From the UHGV virus genome UHGV-0156988: a stretch of 34,441 nucleotides of DNA. One strand, 5' to 3'. This stretch comes from a virus. Below the pieces are notes generated by a model. The model was not told where the DNA came from, made no database searches, and was given only the letters and a program-made list of their open reading frames with translations. The position numbers were made by a program, and so were the translations under genes. Positions 1 to 9,135 of this stretch are shown here, piece by piece. Position 1 is the first letter of the stretch, and each line of letters starts with the position of its first letter.

Positions 1-49
1 AAGGTATACTCTCATACCGTCATGACAATGGTTTCTATACGGGTGAATT

Positions 50-1306
50 GTGCTTACCGATACAAAATTAAAAAACCTCAAGCCGCAGGACAAACTGTAC
101 AAGGTCTCCGATCGTGACGGGCTGTATGTAGCTGTGCTTACGTCAGGCACGGTCTCGTTTCGCTATGACTACCGTATCAACGGTCGCCGCGAAACACTGG
201 TAATCGGGCAGTATGGGCGTGACGGTATCAGCCTGGCAGAAGCGCGAGAAGAACTGATTGCTGCAAAGAAGCTGCTTAAAGCAGGCCAGTCACCGGCTGC
301 GGCTAAACGTGACGGTATCAAAAAGATTCGTGGTGCCGAGACGTTTGCGGTACATACCGACAGTTATATGAAACACGTCATCCTGGCTGACAGTACCCGC
401 GCAATGAAGCAGGCGGTGATCGACCGTGACATACTTCCGGTTCTTGGCAACAAAATGATGGCTGAAATTACCACATCGATGGTTCGTGATTTGTGTGACC
501 GGATTGTCGAACGCGGTGGTCGGGCAACAGCAGTACAGGCCAGGGAGATCATCAGCAGCGTATACCGTCACGCCAATGACCGTGGTCATGGCTTGTTTAA
601 TCCTGCGGCTGACATTAAACCTTCGTCTATCGCCATATTTAAACCACGAGAGCGAACACTGACACCAGAAGAAATTGGCCTGTTCTTCCGCACGCTGGAT
701 GCCATTGGTGCTATGGGCACTATGAAAATGGCTTTAAAGCTGGTGCTTATCACTATGGTTCGTAAAGGCGAATTCACCAATGCAACGTGGGATGAAATAG
801 ATTTTAAAAAATGGACATGGACAATTCCTTCAGACCGCATGAAGGGAAGCCGGGCGCACGTTATTTACCTGCCTAAACAGGCACAGGATATATTGGTTGG
901 GTTGCAGATGTGCGCTGGTGGAAGTGAATATCTGGTTCCTGGTCGTTACAATTTCCGGAAGCCATTATCTAATGCCGCGCTGAACTCTCTGATCGACAGA
1001 ACGGTGAAAATAATAAATGAAGATGGTGAGCATATTCAGGACTTCACCGTACACGATATGCGCCGTACAGCCAGTACGTTGTTGCATGAGGCTGGTTATC
1101 CTTCAGACTGGATTGAAAAGGCTCTGGCACATGAGCAGAAAGGTGTGCGCGCCGTATATAACAAAGCGGAATACGCCAGACAGCGCGCCTACATGTTGCA
1201 GCAGTGGGCCGATATGATTGATTCCTGGATTAACGGGGAGCATACGGATCTGATTCCGTTCTCCCCGTCGAAGTTTGAGAGGTGGATGGAAGACAGTAAT
1301 AAATAA
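50..1306 (+). CDS. int: Tyrosine recombinase / prophage integrase, P4-type
   Basis: 418-aa ORF with GTG start 4 nt after GGGTGA; N-terminus LTDTKLKNLKP..YKVSDRDGLY resembles P4-family integrases; C-terminal HDMRRT...Y catalytic region. Confidence 0.9.
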   Translation: MLTDTKLKNLKPQDKLYKVSDRDGLYVAVLTSGTVSFRYDYRINGRRETLVIGQYGRDGISLAEAREELIAAKKLLKAGQSPAAAKRDGIKKIRGAETFAVHTDSYMKHVILADSTRAMKQAVIDRDILPVLGNKMMAEITTSMVRDLCDRIVERGGRATAVQAREIISSVYRHANDRGHGLFNPAADIKPSSIAIFKPRERTLTPEEIGLFFRTLDAIGAMGTMKMALKLVLITMVRKGEFTNATWDEIDFKKWTWTIPSDRMKGSRAHVIYLPKQAQDILVGLQMCAGGSEYLVPGRYNFRKPLSNAALNSLIDRTVKIINEDGEHIQDFTVHDMRRTASTLLHEAGYPSDWIEKALAHEQKGVRAVYNKAEYARQRAYMLQQWADMIDSWINGEHTDLIPFSPSKFERWMEDSNK

Positions 1307-1308
1307 TT

Positions 1309-1968
1309 CTATCCTTCCTGGACTTTGGTAAGCGTCAGATTTCCGCAGAACACTGCTCCGGTGTCGATGTACATCTGGTTTGCATACACTAGTGGGTGAT
1401 GTGCTGGCGTATGACCGAAGATGAACAAATCGGCACCGGTTATCTCCGAGACAATACCGTCCTGCGCGTCGCTAACCCGCTCACGATTCCATATCACCAT
1501 TTCTTCCGGTACTGGCTTATCGAATGCGTATTCGTTGTGCGGGTAGTCTGCGTGGCAGATGACGACCTTCTTATTGCCGGTAACCAGTTCGATAATCATC
1601 GGGAGGTTGGTAACCTTTGGCAGAAGGTATTTGAGTTGCACATCCTGCTCAGAATCAAGTTGGTGCCACCATCCACCGCCGTTTGACATCCAATGTCCGA
1701 AACTTCCGCCGTTGACCAGTGCATCCAGCATCATCTGCTCATGGTTGCCACGAACAGCTCGGAACCACGGCATAGTAATCAAATCCAGGCATTCGACGTT
1801 TTCAGCGCCGCGGTCAACAAGGTCACCAACGGAAATAAGCAAATCGCGCGCCGGGTCGAATGAAACTTTGTCGAGTTCGTTCATCAGCAGCGTGTAGCAC
1901 CCATGCAGATCGCCGACGACGAAGATATTGCACCAGTCAGCGCCATTGATGCGTTGATATAGGTTCAT
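1309..1968 (-). CDS. Ser/Thr protein phosphatase, lambda PPase-like metallophosphatase
   Basis: Motifs GDLHGCY, GDLVDRG, GNHE; near-colinear with lambda phosphatase as recalled; start taken at internal ATG (MNLYQR), not the ORF-track start at 2088. Confidence 0.88.
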   Translation of the reverse strand: MNLYQRINGADWCNIFVVGDLHGCYTLLMNELDKVSFDPARDLLISVGDLVDRGAENVECLDLITMPWFRAVRGNHEQMMLDALVNGGSFGHWMSNGGGWWHQLDSEQDVQLKYLLPKVTNLPMIIELVTGNKKVVICHADYPHNEYAFDKPVPEEMVIWNRERVSDAQDGIVSEITGADLFIFGHTPAHHPLVYANQMYIDTGAVFCGNLTLTKVQEG

Positions 1969-2615
1969 GCTGCACGCTCCCGCCCCTGGTTGTCTGTTGG
2001 TGACAGCGGAGCATTGCTGAATGCATTTGTTAATCTGGCAATATCCAACGCGTATCCAGGGTGTAGTTGCACTGCTGGGTCTTCGCACTGATTACCCCAA
2101 ACATCGAAGCCATGAGACGACTGGCGGGCGAACAGTTCAATGCGAGAAACATCGCCTAACAATTGCACAAGTTTTTCACGAACGACATCTGGTTTTCTTG
2201 AATGCTCAAGCCGCGGTGCGGTAAATGACTGAACGATACCTGCATTAATGCGCGTAGGTAGTTTTCCCTTTACTGCAAACAGGCAATCTTCACTATTGGC
2301 GCGAGTCATGTGACCCATACCCATAACCAGTTTATCTGGTTGTCGACTACCACATTTTATCCACGTGAATCCCTTCATGGTCATCAGACGGAATCCCCAG
2401 GCTTCAACAACTTTTAGTGCTTCGAGTGGTTGTGTTGGCACCCACCACATGGCCAACAGACAGTTTTCATCGGCCAAATCCCACACAGGAAGGCGGCAGA
2501 TATCCAGCACACTCATAACCGGATATTTAAAACCGGCACCGCGATTACCATCTGCGGCTTTGTCCCGGTATACCCAGGGTGGATCTGCATAGATTAGTGT
2601 GTATTTCTTAGTCAT
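1965..2615 (-). CDS. MT-A70-family DNA N6-adenine methyltransferase
   Basis: YADPPW (DPPW) motif near N-terminus; ATGA stop-start overlap with phosphatase gene; start taken at ATG 2615 (MTKKY). Confidence 0.75.
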   Translation of the reverse strand: MTKKYTLIYADPPWVYRDKAADGNRGAGFKYPVMSVLDICRLPVWDLADENCLLAMWWVPTQPLEALKVVEAWGFRLMTMKGFTWIKCGSRQPDKLVMGMGHMTRANSEDCLFAVKGKLPTRINAGIVQSFTAPRLEHSRKPDVVREKLVQLLGDVSRIELFARQSSHGFDVWGNQCEDPAVQLHPGYALDIARLTNAFSNAPLSPTDNQGRERAA

Positions 2616-2907
2616 AAACCACCCCACAACATCCTATGCCGCTATAGTCGCCACGGCGAAGGCCGTTACCTTTTGTGATACATTGGTCCCTGCGAACCGC
2701 GATCCTTGCACGCTCAACATCACCAGAAGCAACATCCATACACTGAAGCCAAAGGTGGGCGGCAATGCGGAACTGCCCTTTTTTCTCTCTTTCAATCGCG
2801 CGTTTTTCGATCTCTATCGCCGCAGGAGTAACGGCAACAACCTTTGAATGGCTGCGCATTGAAACCTTGTTCATGTGATATTTTTCAAGTCGGCTTAACT
2901 TTCTCAC
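2608..2907 (-). CDS. Hypothetical protein
   Basis: ORF of 99 aa in operon context; weak RBS; alternative internal start MNKVS; no recognisable motif. Confidence 0.35.
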   Translation of the reverse strand: MRKLSRLEKYHMNKVSMRSHSKVVAVTPAAIEIEKRAIEREKKGQFRIAAHLWLQCMDVASGDVERARIAVRRDQCITKGNGLRRGDYSGIGCCGVVYD

Positions 2908-3016
2908 TTAATCCAACCCTCTCTGAAAATTAATGCCAGCAGATAAAGCCATGCTGAAACAGAGGCCAGGAATAAGTACCAGCCTGACCATTTGCTCCAG
3001 TGCCTTAGCAGCGCAC

Positions 3017-3265
3017 TCATGCAGCGTTGCTCACAGGACGATATACACGTTGCTGAACAGGAGGTTTTTTACCCTGGAACTCTGCCGGGCTTGCTGCCTG
3101 ACGTTCATCAAGCCAACGCTCAACTTCATCACGGTTCCATGCGCAGCGTTTGTCAGTGATATACCAGCGTTTAGGAAATTCCCCTGCGCGCTCCATACGG
3201 TCTATAGTGCTCCATGACAGTGGCACCACCGCCAGGAGTTCCTTCTTACCTAATGCACCTTTCAT
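3017..3265 (-). CDS. AlpA-family DNA-binding protein (excisionase / prophage regulator)
   Basis: 82 aa; PLSWSTIDRMERAGEFP...WNRDEVERWL pattern typical of AlpA/Xis-like small HTH proteins; SD GAGAGGT before ATG. Confidence 0.7.
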   Translation of the reverse strand: MKGALGKKELLAVVPLSWSTIDRMERAGEFPKRWYITDKRCAWNRDEVERWLDERQAASPAEFQGKKPPVQQRVYRPVSNAA

Positions 3266-3314
3266 AAATACCTCTCTTGGTTGCAGTGCGGCGCGTGTGG
3301 CGCCGCGGTGGTGG

Positions 3315-4256
3315 TTACATAGATGTTTCGTTTAATTCTTCCCGACGAACGCTGTAAACGTCGGTGGCTTTTGCCAGCAGTTCGTCATCATCTGAAAGTT
3401 TTTGTGCAATGTATTTGTAAGCCTTATCCAGTTCGGAGACAGTGCTGTAATTCATCGCTGCGCTGGTAAAGGCCATCAGCATTTCTTCTGGATCACGGCT
3501 GTCCGATTTACGCGTTTGCTCATCAGGCTTTTTCGCTGGTTTAGCGTTGATCAGACTGTTCATTCCCGCAGCAGTGGTCGTTTGCGGAGTAATGTCTCGC
3601 TCAACGCGCGGTGCCGTTTCCTGTAATTCGTCTGGGGTGTAGACGCCCATGATTACGTCAGGACAGTGCAGGCGAGACCAGCGTTTTGTCGCAAGGTATG
3701 CGAGTTGTTGTTTCGGATCACTGGCCCAAAGTGTGGAGTTTCTTACCTGTGCTTGAGACAGCATTAACTCAAGCACTCGAGGTTGATCCTCGCCCTTCAT
3801 GGTTGCCCATACGCGAACACCGCAGCCTTCTTCGTCTTTTAGAGTCCAGCCTGGTGCGATATATGGATTGCCGTTTTTGGATGTTTTCTCAACAAACTTA
3901 CCGATCACGCGTTCCCACGGCCCGAACCACTCGTAGTTGATGCGATCTTTTGTTGGCGACATCGTTGAGATAACTGCGTTTACTAATTGGGCTTCATAAC
4001 CTAGCGTGCCGTTCACAACATGGGTTTTCTGAGCCACGGCAAACGGGTTCATTCCCCACTGCGCAGCCTGCATTGCCACGGCCATGCAATCAGCTGGTTT
4101 CCCGGCGAGGTGCGCCGGTACCGTTACGCGGCTTTGCGCCATTACCTCGGCGAATTTCATCAGTTGGTTCAAGCCGTCTGGGCTGAAAATAGTTGCAGCA
4201 GTTCCAGCGATTGCTGTGTCTACTGGTGCGTTGATGTTTGCGATGTCGTTGCTCAT
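3315..4256 (-). CDS. RecT/Red-beta family single-strand annealing protein
   Basis: C-terminal half resembles lambda Bet as recalled (DPKQQL...ERDITP segment); ATGA overlap with upstream nuclease gene; start taken at MSNDIAN. Confidence 0.8.
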   Translation of the reverse strand: MSNDIANINAPVDTAIAGTAATIFSPDGLNQLMKFAEVMAQSRVTVPAHLAGKPADCMAVAMQAAQWGMNPFAVAQKTHVVNGTLGYEAQLVNAVISTMSPTKDRINYEWFGPWERVIGKFVEKTSKNGNPYIAPGWTLKDEEGCGVRVWATMKGEDQPRVLELMLSQAQVRNSTLWASDPKQQLAYLATKRWSRLHCPDVIMGVYTPDELQETAPRVERDITPQTTTAAGMNSLINAKPAKKPDEQTRKSDSRDPEEMLMAFTSAAMNYSTVSELDKAYKYIAQKLSDDDELLAKATDVYSVRREELNETSM

Positions 4257-5074
4257 ATGTACATATCCTGTTTGCGTGCCCACTCAGGGCGTTTAATGAT
4301 TTCCACACCGCCCCATTCATCATTGATGCGGCATTCGTGATAGGTATTCAGATCCCGGCGGAACAGAGCGTGCCCGGCATCGACATCCTGCGCATCCAGC
4401 TCGAACACGCGTACCGGATACCGACCACAATCAATGCTTTCGCTCACGGCAAGAAAGAAAAAACCATGCGGCTGACCAGTAACCCTCATTGCGCCTTCGC
4501 GGTACATTGCGTCCTGCACGTGGTAGCGGAATTCCTCGATGTGGCGTGCAAAACGGTCCATATCTGCAACATTTTTCACGTCGACGATCACGTTGTGCTC
4601 GTTCAGCCATTTGTCTGGACGAATTCGGCACAACTCCCCCGTCTCTTCATCGTTCCAGTACATTGATGCTTCGCAGTAACCAGGTGCTTCCAGCATCCAG
4701 CGTGCCGCCGGGTGAGCCATTGCGCTATCACGCATCAGCTCCAGTTTCCGCCACTGCTCGGCATCAAGTACCGTAATCCCCATATCCGCCACATCACGAA
4801 GAAATTCCTCTTCGTCAGCTTTACCTTGTTTCGTCCGACGATCGAATTTCGGTGAAACAATGAAGCGTTTGTCGAACTCTCCAGGCTCCAGAAGCAGACA
4901 GTGCAATGCGGTTCCCATATCCAGTGCAGACTTTTTCTCTTCGTCTTCTGGTGCTGCCTGAACCCATTTAAGAAGCGCCGGATTCTTGGCAACCATGTCC
5001 AGTTGCGACTTACTCACGCCGTCACCGGCGTGGTAGTCTTCGTTGCTGATGTCGAAATAAATTCCCGGTTTCAT
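4253..5074 (-). CDS. RecE/YqaJ-like PD-(D/E)XK exonuclease
   Basis: 273-aa ORF directly upstream of and translationally coupled to the annealing protein; SD AGAGGGA before ATG; general resemblance to exonuclease VIII catalytic domain. Confidence 0.65.
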   Translation of the reverse strand: MKPGIYFDISNEDYHAGDGVSKSQLDMVAKNPALLKWVQAAPEDEEKKSALDMGTALHCLLLEPGEFDKRFIVSPKFDRRTKQGKADEEEFLRDVADMGITVLDAEQWRKLELMRDSAMAHPAARWMLEAPGYCEASMYWNDEETGELCRIRPDKWLNEHNVIVDVKNVADMDRFARHIEEFRYHVQDAMYREGAMRVTGQPHGFFFLAVSESIDCGRYPVRVFELDAQDVDAGHALFRRDLNTYHECRINDEWGGVEIIKRPEWARKQDMYI

Positions 5075-5370
5075 GCCGCGTCCCTCTGCCCATCAAGCTG
5101 ATCAGCCAGATCCCAGCGGGCGATAATTGCCATTGCCTCGCGCCGGTAGGCATCCATTAGTTCTTCGAACTCAGGGCTGTCTTTAGCGGCCTCCAGTACT
5201 TCCTGGCGAACGCCTTTAACTGTTACAACGTCGAAAGTTGATGCCAGTTGATGAAGCCGGATACTCTCAATCAGTTCAACTTGTCGGTCATATAGCTGTT
5301 CTGACAGACGGTAGTCCTTGTCGAATGCCAGCATGATTTTTTGAAGATTTTTCTGCTGATTAACGTTCAT
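5071..5370 (-). CDS. Hypothetical protein
   Basis: 99 aa from MNVNQQ with SD GGGAGGG; overlapping stop/start with flanking genes. Confidence 0.5.
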   Translation of the reverse strand: MNVNQQKNLQKIMLAFDKDYRLSEQLYDRQVELIESIRLHQLASTFDVVTVKGVRQEVLEAAKDSPEFEELMDAYRREAMAIIARWDLADQLDGQRDAA

Positions 5371-5372
5371 TA

Positions 5373-5525
5373 TCAGCCCTCCCATATCTCGTTATCGTTG
5401 GCCACATCGCGAGCTTCTTTGCTGACGAAAGCCCACTTAATGCCTTCCTGTAAGGTGCGGAACTTCCAGCTCATGAATCCGCATGCAGTAACGCAGTACC
5501 AACCGTTGATGATTTTCCACTGCAT
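5373..5525 (-). CDS. Small hypothetical protein (50 aa), first gene of leftward early operon
   Basis: Not in ORF track (below size cut-off); ATG at 5525 with GAGGT about 8 nt upstream; stop overlaps next start (TGATAATG). Confidence 0.35.
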   Translation of the reverse strand: MQWKIINGWYCVTACGFMSWKFRTLQEGIKWAFVSKEARDVANDNEIWEG

Positions 5526-5544
5526 AACTTGTTACCTCGGTCTG

Positions 5545-5622
5545 TTACCGTTGAGGTAATAATTATGCGTATATGGTTTGATGTCAATAGATATGAGTTA
5601 AAAAAATTACCCGTTAGGTAAT
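5545..5622 (-). promoter_or_regulatory. Leftward early promoter bracketed by two TTACC-N5-GGTAA operator sites
   Basis: Sites at 5545-5559 and 5608-5622; on the minus strand TTGACA (5583-5588) and CATAAT (5562-5567) with 15-nt spacer lie between them. Confidence 0.5.
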
Positions 5623-5635
5623 CGAATAGGCAATA

Positions 5636-5660
5636 AAAAAGCCGCCATAAGGCGGCTTAC
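5636..5660 (-). terminator. Rho-independent terminator downstream of repressor-like gene
   Basis: GCCGCC-ATAA-GGCGGC hairpin flanked by A5 and T-rich tract; reads as hairpin plus TTTTTATT on minus strand. Confidence 0.6.
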
Positions 5661-5678
5661 TTACTGAAAAATATGGTT

Positions 5679-6263
5679 TTATTGTTTGTTTTTTTCGTTC
5701 TGGTTGATGACAAATTCAATGTAACTTTCGATCTTTGCTTTCTCGGTTTCGGGTAACAATGCGTAGCGCGAGCGGTCATAGTTGATGGTTGCAGGGTCGT
5801 GCGGGTGAATAAGTAATTCATAGCCGTGACGCCCGAATGCGGATGCCACATTCTCCAGGGTGGAAATGGAAACGCTAACCTCATTGTTTAACAGGCGGCT
5901 GATTGTCACCTGGGCGACGCCGGATGCGCGGTGTAGTTTTCCCTGCGTTGAAAGGTCGCGGCTTTCGCTCATCCAGCGTTCCAGGTTGTGAGCCGCCAGC
6001 TGACCTATATCGCTCGGGCCGACAGGCTGAAAACCTTCCTGAGAAAGCGAGCGATCGATATCAAGCCAGTTACGGGGTTTATTGGCGGCAGCTTCAATTT
6101 TTCGCGCAACCTGGTCGCCGATAACCTTCTTGCCAAGAGCCCAGCGGTTTACCAGATTTGCCTGAGTTCCAAGTTTTTCTGCCATCCGCGTCTGAACACC
6201 ATTGAATTCACGGTCGATCAAGTCGTTGAGATTTTGCCTGCGGACGTCTTGGATACTTTTCAT
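5679..6263 (-). CDS. Prophage repressor candidate with two HTH-like segments and no S24 peptidase domain
   Basis: 194 aa; HTH-like segments (TRMAEKLGTQANLVNRW and VAQVTISRLLNNEVSVSISTLENVASAFG); divergent from cro-like gene across an operator cluster; own terminator. Confidence 0.6.
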   Translation of the reverse strand: MKSIQDVRRQNLNDLIDREFNGVQTRMAEKLGTQANLVNRWALGKKVIGDQVARKIEAAANKPRNWLDIDRSLSQEGFQPVGPSDIGQLAAHNLERWMSESRDLSTQGKLHRASGVAQVTISRLLNNEVSVSISTLENVASAFGRHGYELLIHPHDPATINYDRSRYALLPETEKAKIESYIEFVINQNEKNKQ

Positions 6264-6318
6264 TTTCTGGAAAATCGCCTCATATATGAATCAGTAGATG
6301 ATTCAATTTAAAGCAATA

Positions 6319-6381
6319 TTACCCAACAGGTAAATGCACCCCATAGGTAACTATCCTTGATTTTTGTTACCTTATGGGTGA
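6319..6381. promoter_or_regulatory. Operator cluster between divergent repressor and cro-like genes (three sites)
   Basis: TTACC-CAACA-GGTAA 6319-6333 (perfect); GCACC-CCATA-GGTAA 6336-6350; TTACC-TTATG-GGTGA 6367-6381; AT-rich inverted repeat 6384-6405 before cro-like start. Confidence 0.55.
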
Positions 6382-6417
6382 ATATTTATTATCTGAAATA
6401 AATATCAGGCAATAGCT

Positions 6418-6648
6418 ATGAGCGATAACGAACATTTCGATTTCAAAAAGCACTGGCTTGCACTTACTCCGGATGAGCGTGAAGCCTTCGCACAGGAAGC
6501 CGGAACGACGAGTCACTATATCCAGACTCACTTAACAGGTAAGCGCAAAATGCCAGGTAAAGTATTGATGAATGGGCTTTTTAAAGCCTGTAAAACAAGA
6601 CAATGGCTGCGCTCAAAAGCAGAACTGGCATACTTCTTCTACTCATGA
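6418..6648 (+). CDS. Cro/CII-like small HTH regulator
   Basis: 76 aa, first rightward gene after operator cluster; HTH-like segment FAQEAGTTSHYIQTHLTGKR. Confidence 0.55.
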   Translation: MSDNEHFDFKKHWLALTPDEREAFAQEAGTTSHYIQTHLTGKRKMPGKVLMNGLFKACKTRQWLRSKAELAYFFYS

Positions 6649-6670
6649 TATCCAGCTACAACCCTCTGTA

Positions 6671-6692
6671 GACCGCCACCCGGCGGTCTTTT
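6671..6692 (+). terminator. Rho-independent terminator after cro-like gene (tR1-like position)
   Basis: GACCGCC-ACCC-GGCGGTC hairpin followed by TTTT. Confidence 0.6.
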
Positions 6693-6703
6693 CATATCTA
6701 TTC

Positions 6704-6718
6704 GTACCTCAAAGGTAA
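6704..6718. promoter_or_regulatory. Single operator-like site GTACC-N5-GGTAA
   Basis: One-mismatch copy of the TTACC-N5-GGTAA palindrome immediately after the terminator. Confidence 0.4.
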
Positions 6719-6798
6719 TAAAAAACCAAATCTGGTTGATCTTTTTTTTGTGTCAGCACAAAATAACCGTAATCCCAATACTAATAACAGGGCTTACC

Positions 6799-6999
6799 AT
6801 GGAAATCATTACACGTATTGATGCCGCAAAGCGCGGACTTAAACGCTACTACACCGGAAAACAATGTAAGCACGGACATGACAGTGAACGCTGGGTTTAC
6901 AACGGACACTGTGTTGAGTGCACCATGGAATCAAACCGTCGTATCAGGGCAGAGATTAAGCAGATCATGATTAATTCCTCCCCACAACATTCAAGCTGA
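6799..6999 (+). CDS. Hypothetical Cys/His-rich small protein
   Basis: 66 aa from MEIITRID; CKHGH...CVEC suggests zinc binding; sits between cro-like and replication genes (cII-like position). Confidence 0.45.
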   Translation: MEIITRIDAAKRGLKRYYTGKQCKHGHDSERWVYNGHCVECTMESNRRIRAEIKQIMINSSPQHSS

Positions 7000-7014
7000 T
7001 AGCGGAGATTAATC

Positions 7015-7830
7015 ATGAGCAGACATGCAACAGATTGGGCCTGGGAGACAGATCCAGGTAGCTCGTCATTAAAGCTCATACTGCTCTCGATGGCTGACAG
7101 AGCAGATGAATATAACCTCTGCTACCCCAGCATAGAACGCCTCGTTAAAGACACTTGCCTGAATAAAAAAACCGTGCAGGCCGGACTTATATCGCTCATG
7201 AAAATGGGGCTTATTTCAGATACCGGAGAGAGAAAGGGAGCGACGAAAAGAGTGCGGGTTTTCTCTCTTAATATAACCAAAAACGGGAACATTAAAGGCA
7301 ACCGGGAAGGGGGTAATGAACCCGAAAACGGTAATGTTACCGAAAACGGGAATATACCCAAAAACGGGATGTTGAATGATCCCAAAAACGGGATGTTGAA
7401 TGATCCCAAAAACGGGATCCAGAACCAGTCATATAACCAGTCATTTAACCAAGAGAGGGAGAGCAGGACAAAAACCGGGGATTCTGTGCCTCATGACCCC
7501 GGCGCAAACAACGCCGTGATGAATAACTTTGTTCCTCCTGGTGGGCCAGGGCAATTAGGCAAATTTGTCATGCATGAACAATGGCAGCCATCAGATGACT
7601 TTCTTCGGAAAAGCTCATTGCAGGGGATCTACCTGGACAGTCTGCCAACGGCACAGGAACTTGCAGAGTTCAGAATTTACTGGATGGCTGAGGGTAAGGC
7701 ATACCATCAGGCACAGTGGGAGCAGAAGCTGGCAAGGCGGCTGCAGATTAGCAGACAGAAGCAATCAACATTACCTGATAACAACGTTCCGCACTGGAAC
7801 AGCCCTGAAGCGTGGGAGGATTTCTTGTGA
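7015..7830 (+). CDS. Replication initiator protein, lambda O-like
   Basis: 271 aa; N-terminal HTH-like replication-protein region; internal iteron repeats; followed by overlapping P-like gene. Confidence 0.75.
   Translation: MSRHATDWAWETDPGSSSLKLILLSMADRADEYNLCYPSIERLVKDTCLNKKTVQAGLISLMKMGLISDTGERKGATKRVRVFSLNITKNGNIKGNREGGNEPENGNVTENGNIPKNGMLNDPKNGMLNDPKNGIQNQSYNQSFNQERESRTKTGDSVPHDPGANNAVMNNFVPPGGPGQLGKFVMHEQWQPSDDFLRKSSLQGIYLDSLPTAQELAEFRIYWMAEGKAYHQAQWEQKLARRLQISRQKQSTLPDNNVPHWNSPEAWEDFL
7277..7444 (+). repeat. Iteron-like direct repeats inside initiator gene (candidate origin of replication)
   Basis: Six copies of CC(C/G)(A)AAAACGG(G/T)A(A/T) beginning at 7277, 7322, 7340, 7357, 7381, 7405, then tandem AACCAGTCAT repeats at 7422-7444; encode the PKNG(M) repeats. 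Confidence 0.6.
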
Positions 7831-8612
7831 ACAACGTTTTTACCGCGATACAAAACCGTGACGGAGAAGCCCTTTCTCGCATGTCAGGTTATGAGCATCA
7901 GTACACCAACAATGATAACGTGGTGAACATGTCAGCAGAGAGGCTTGTTGATGCCCTTTTCAAACAGCTGAAACAACTGTTTCCGGCGGCAGTGGTAACC
8001 AACCTGAAGACGCCAGAGCAGGAAGTTGCTGCAAAACAGCAGTGGATTGCTGCGTTTGCCGAAGGGGGGATCCGAACCCGTGAACAGGTTTCTGCTGGTA
8101 TGCGCCACGCCCGCGCCAGTGAATCTCCGTTCTGGCCGTCGCCTGGGCAATTCATCAAGTGGTGTAAAGACAGCAAGATGGTTCTTGGCGTCACCATTGA
8201 CGATGTGATGGCGGAGTTTAACCGGTACAGCAAGGAAAAAAGTTTATATCCTGGTGGTCCCGAAAGATTCCCGTGGCGACATCCGGTTATGTACTGGGTC
8301 GTATGTGATACCCGCCGTGCAATGTATCAGCGCCAGCTTAGCGAGATTGAGGTTGAGAAACACGCGCGCAGGCTGCTCGATGATTGGGCGAAAAAGGTGG
8401 CTTCCGGACAGCAGATACCCGATCCGGTGATCAGCATACAGGCAAAGCCAGAACCCATGAGTACACCTCCGGACACAGGGAGAGACGTTTACCATCCACC
8501 AGGGCGAAGTTTCGGGTGCATGCCTAACGCCGCCACCCTTGGTGGAATAACACCGGCGCAGTGGCTGATGGAGGAATACAGGCGAGGAAAGGCGGCAGGA
8601 TTTATCAAGTAA
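7827..8612 (+). CDS. Replication protein P-like helicase loader
   Basis: Colinear with lambda P as recalled (FPA...QWIAAF...GMR.AR...PF.PSPGQF..WC); GTG 7827 with SD GGGAGGA, overlapping O-like stop; ORF-track start 7812 rejected. Confidence 0.8.
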   Translation: MNNVFTAIQNRDGEALSRMSGYEHQYTNNDNVVNMSAERLVDALFKQLKQLFPAAVVTNLKTPEQEVAAKQQWIAAFAEGGIRTREQVSAGMRHARASESPFWPSPGQFIKWCKDSKMVLGVTIDDVMAEFNRYSKEKSLYPGGPERFPWRHPVMYWVVCDTRRAMYQRQLSEIEVEKHARRLLDDWAKKVASGQQIPDPVISIQAKPEPMSTPPDTGRDVYHPPGRSFGCMPNAATLGGITPAQWLMEEYRRGKAAGFIK

Positions 8613-8617
8613 TACCA

Positions 8618-8637
8618 GCGCGATAGCGCATTTTTTT
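8618..8637 (+). terminator. Weak terminator-like hairpin after P-like gene
   Basis: GCGC-GATA-GCGC followed by T7; stem only 4 bp. Confidence 0.35.
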
Positions 8638-8649
8638 ACGCCTCGACAA

Positions 8650-8726
8650 TTACCTGTTAGGTAATAAAATATTCTAAAATCTATTGATTTCGTGTCTTAT
8701 GTGGTTTTTAATTACCTCAGAGGTAA
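8650..8726 (+). promoter_or_regulatory. Promoter region bracketed by two perfect TTACC-N5-GGTAA sites
   Basis: Sites 8650-8664 and 8712-8726, centres 62 bp apart; TTGATT at 8684-8689 between them; downstream site overlaps the RBS of the 8730 gene. Confidence 0.5.
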
Positions 8727-8729
8727 ATC

Positions 8730-9074
8730 ATGAGAAAACAGATACAGGCTCTTGGTCGACTCAAAACAGATCAGATGAACAAAACAGAATCTGCGTATTG
8801 CCAGCACCTTGAGCTGCGTAAACGTGCAGGAGAAATCGTCTGGTATCGATTTGAGGGTATCAAGCTGCGGTTAGCTGATAACACGTTCTATACGCCCGAT
8901 TTCGCTGTGATGCTCGCCACCGGCGAGATGGAACTACACGAAGTGAAAGGTTTCTGGACCGACGACGCCAGGGTGAAAACCAAAGTCGCCGCAGATCAGT
9001 ATCCGTTCCGAATCATCGGGGTAACGGTTAAACCAAAGAAAGCAGGTGGTGGCTGGAACATCGAAGAGTTCTGA
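8730..9074 (+). CDS. VRR-NUC/DUF1064-like nuclease-fold protein
   Basis: 114 aa; YTPDF...EVKG pattern resembling VRR-NUC-type folds (recalled, not searched). Confidence 0.5.
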   Translation: MRKQIQALGRLKTDQMNKTESAYCQHLELRKRAGEIVWYRFEGIKLRLADNTFYTPDFAVMLATGEMELHEVKGFWTDDARVKTKVAADQYPFRIIGVTVKPKKAGGGWNIEEF

Positions 9075-9135
9075 ATCGACGATCTTTTTAGTTATCAATG
9101 TAATCAATAAGTTATGTGGATAAGCGAGGGTAAAG

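Noticed and set aside
1-49. attL core or tRNA 3-prime end immediately left of the integrase
   Set aside because: Only 49 nt are available and no tRNA-like fold or repeat matching the right end could be identified; unresolved rather than absent.
3287-3305. Hairpin GCGGCGC-GTGTG-GCGCCGC between the annealing-protein and AlpA-like genes as a terminator
   Set aside because: No U-tract on either strand and it sits inside a tightly packed operon, so it is more likely incidental secondary structure.
5341-5559. Plus-strand ORF 5341-5559
   Set aside because: It overlaps the minus-strand small gene and the leftward promoter/operator region and has no RBS.
7277-7418. PKNG(M) repeats in the O-like protein as mere low-complexity coding repeats
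   Set aside because: The periodicity is regular at the DNA level and matches the lambda precedent of ori iterons inside gene O, so the DNA-level origin interpretation is preferred, though both can be true.
7812-7826. ORF-track start of the P-like gene at GTG 7812
   Set aside because: It lies inside the O-like coding sequence; GTG 7827 has a strong SD GGGAGGA and overlaps the O-like stop.
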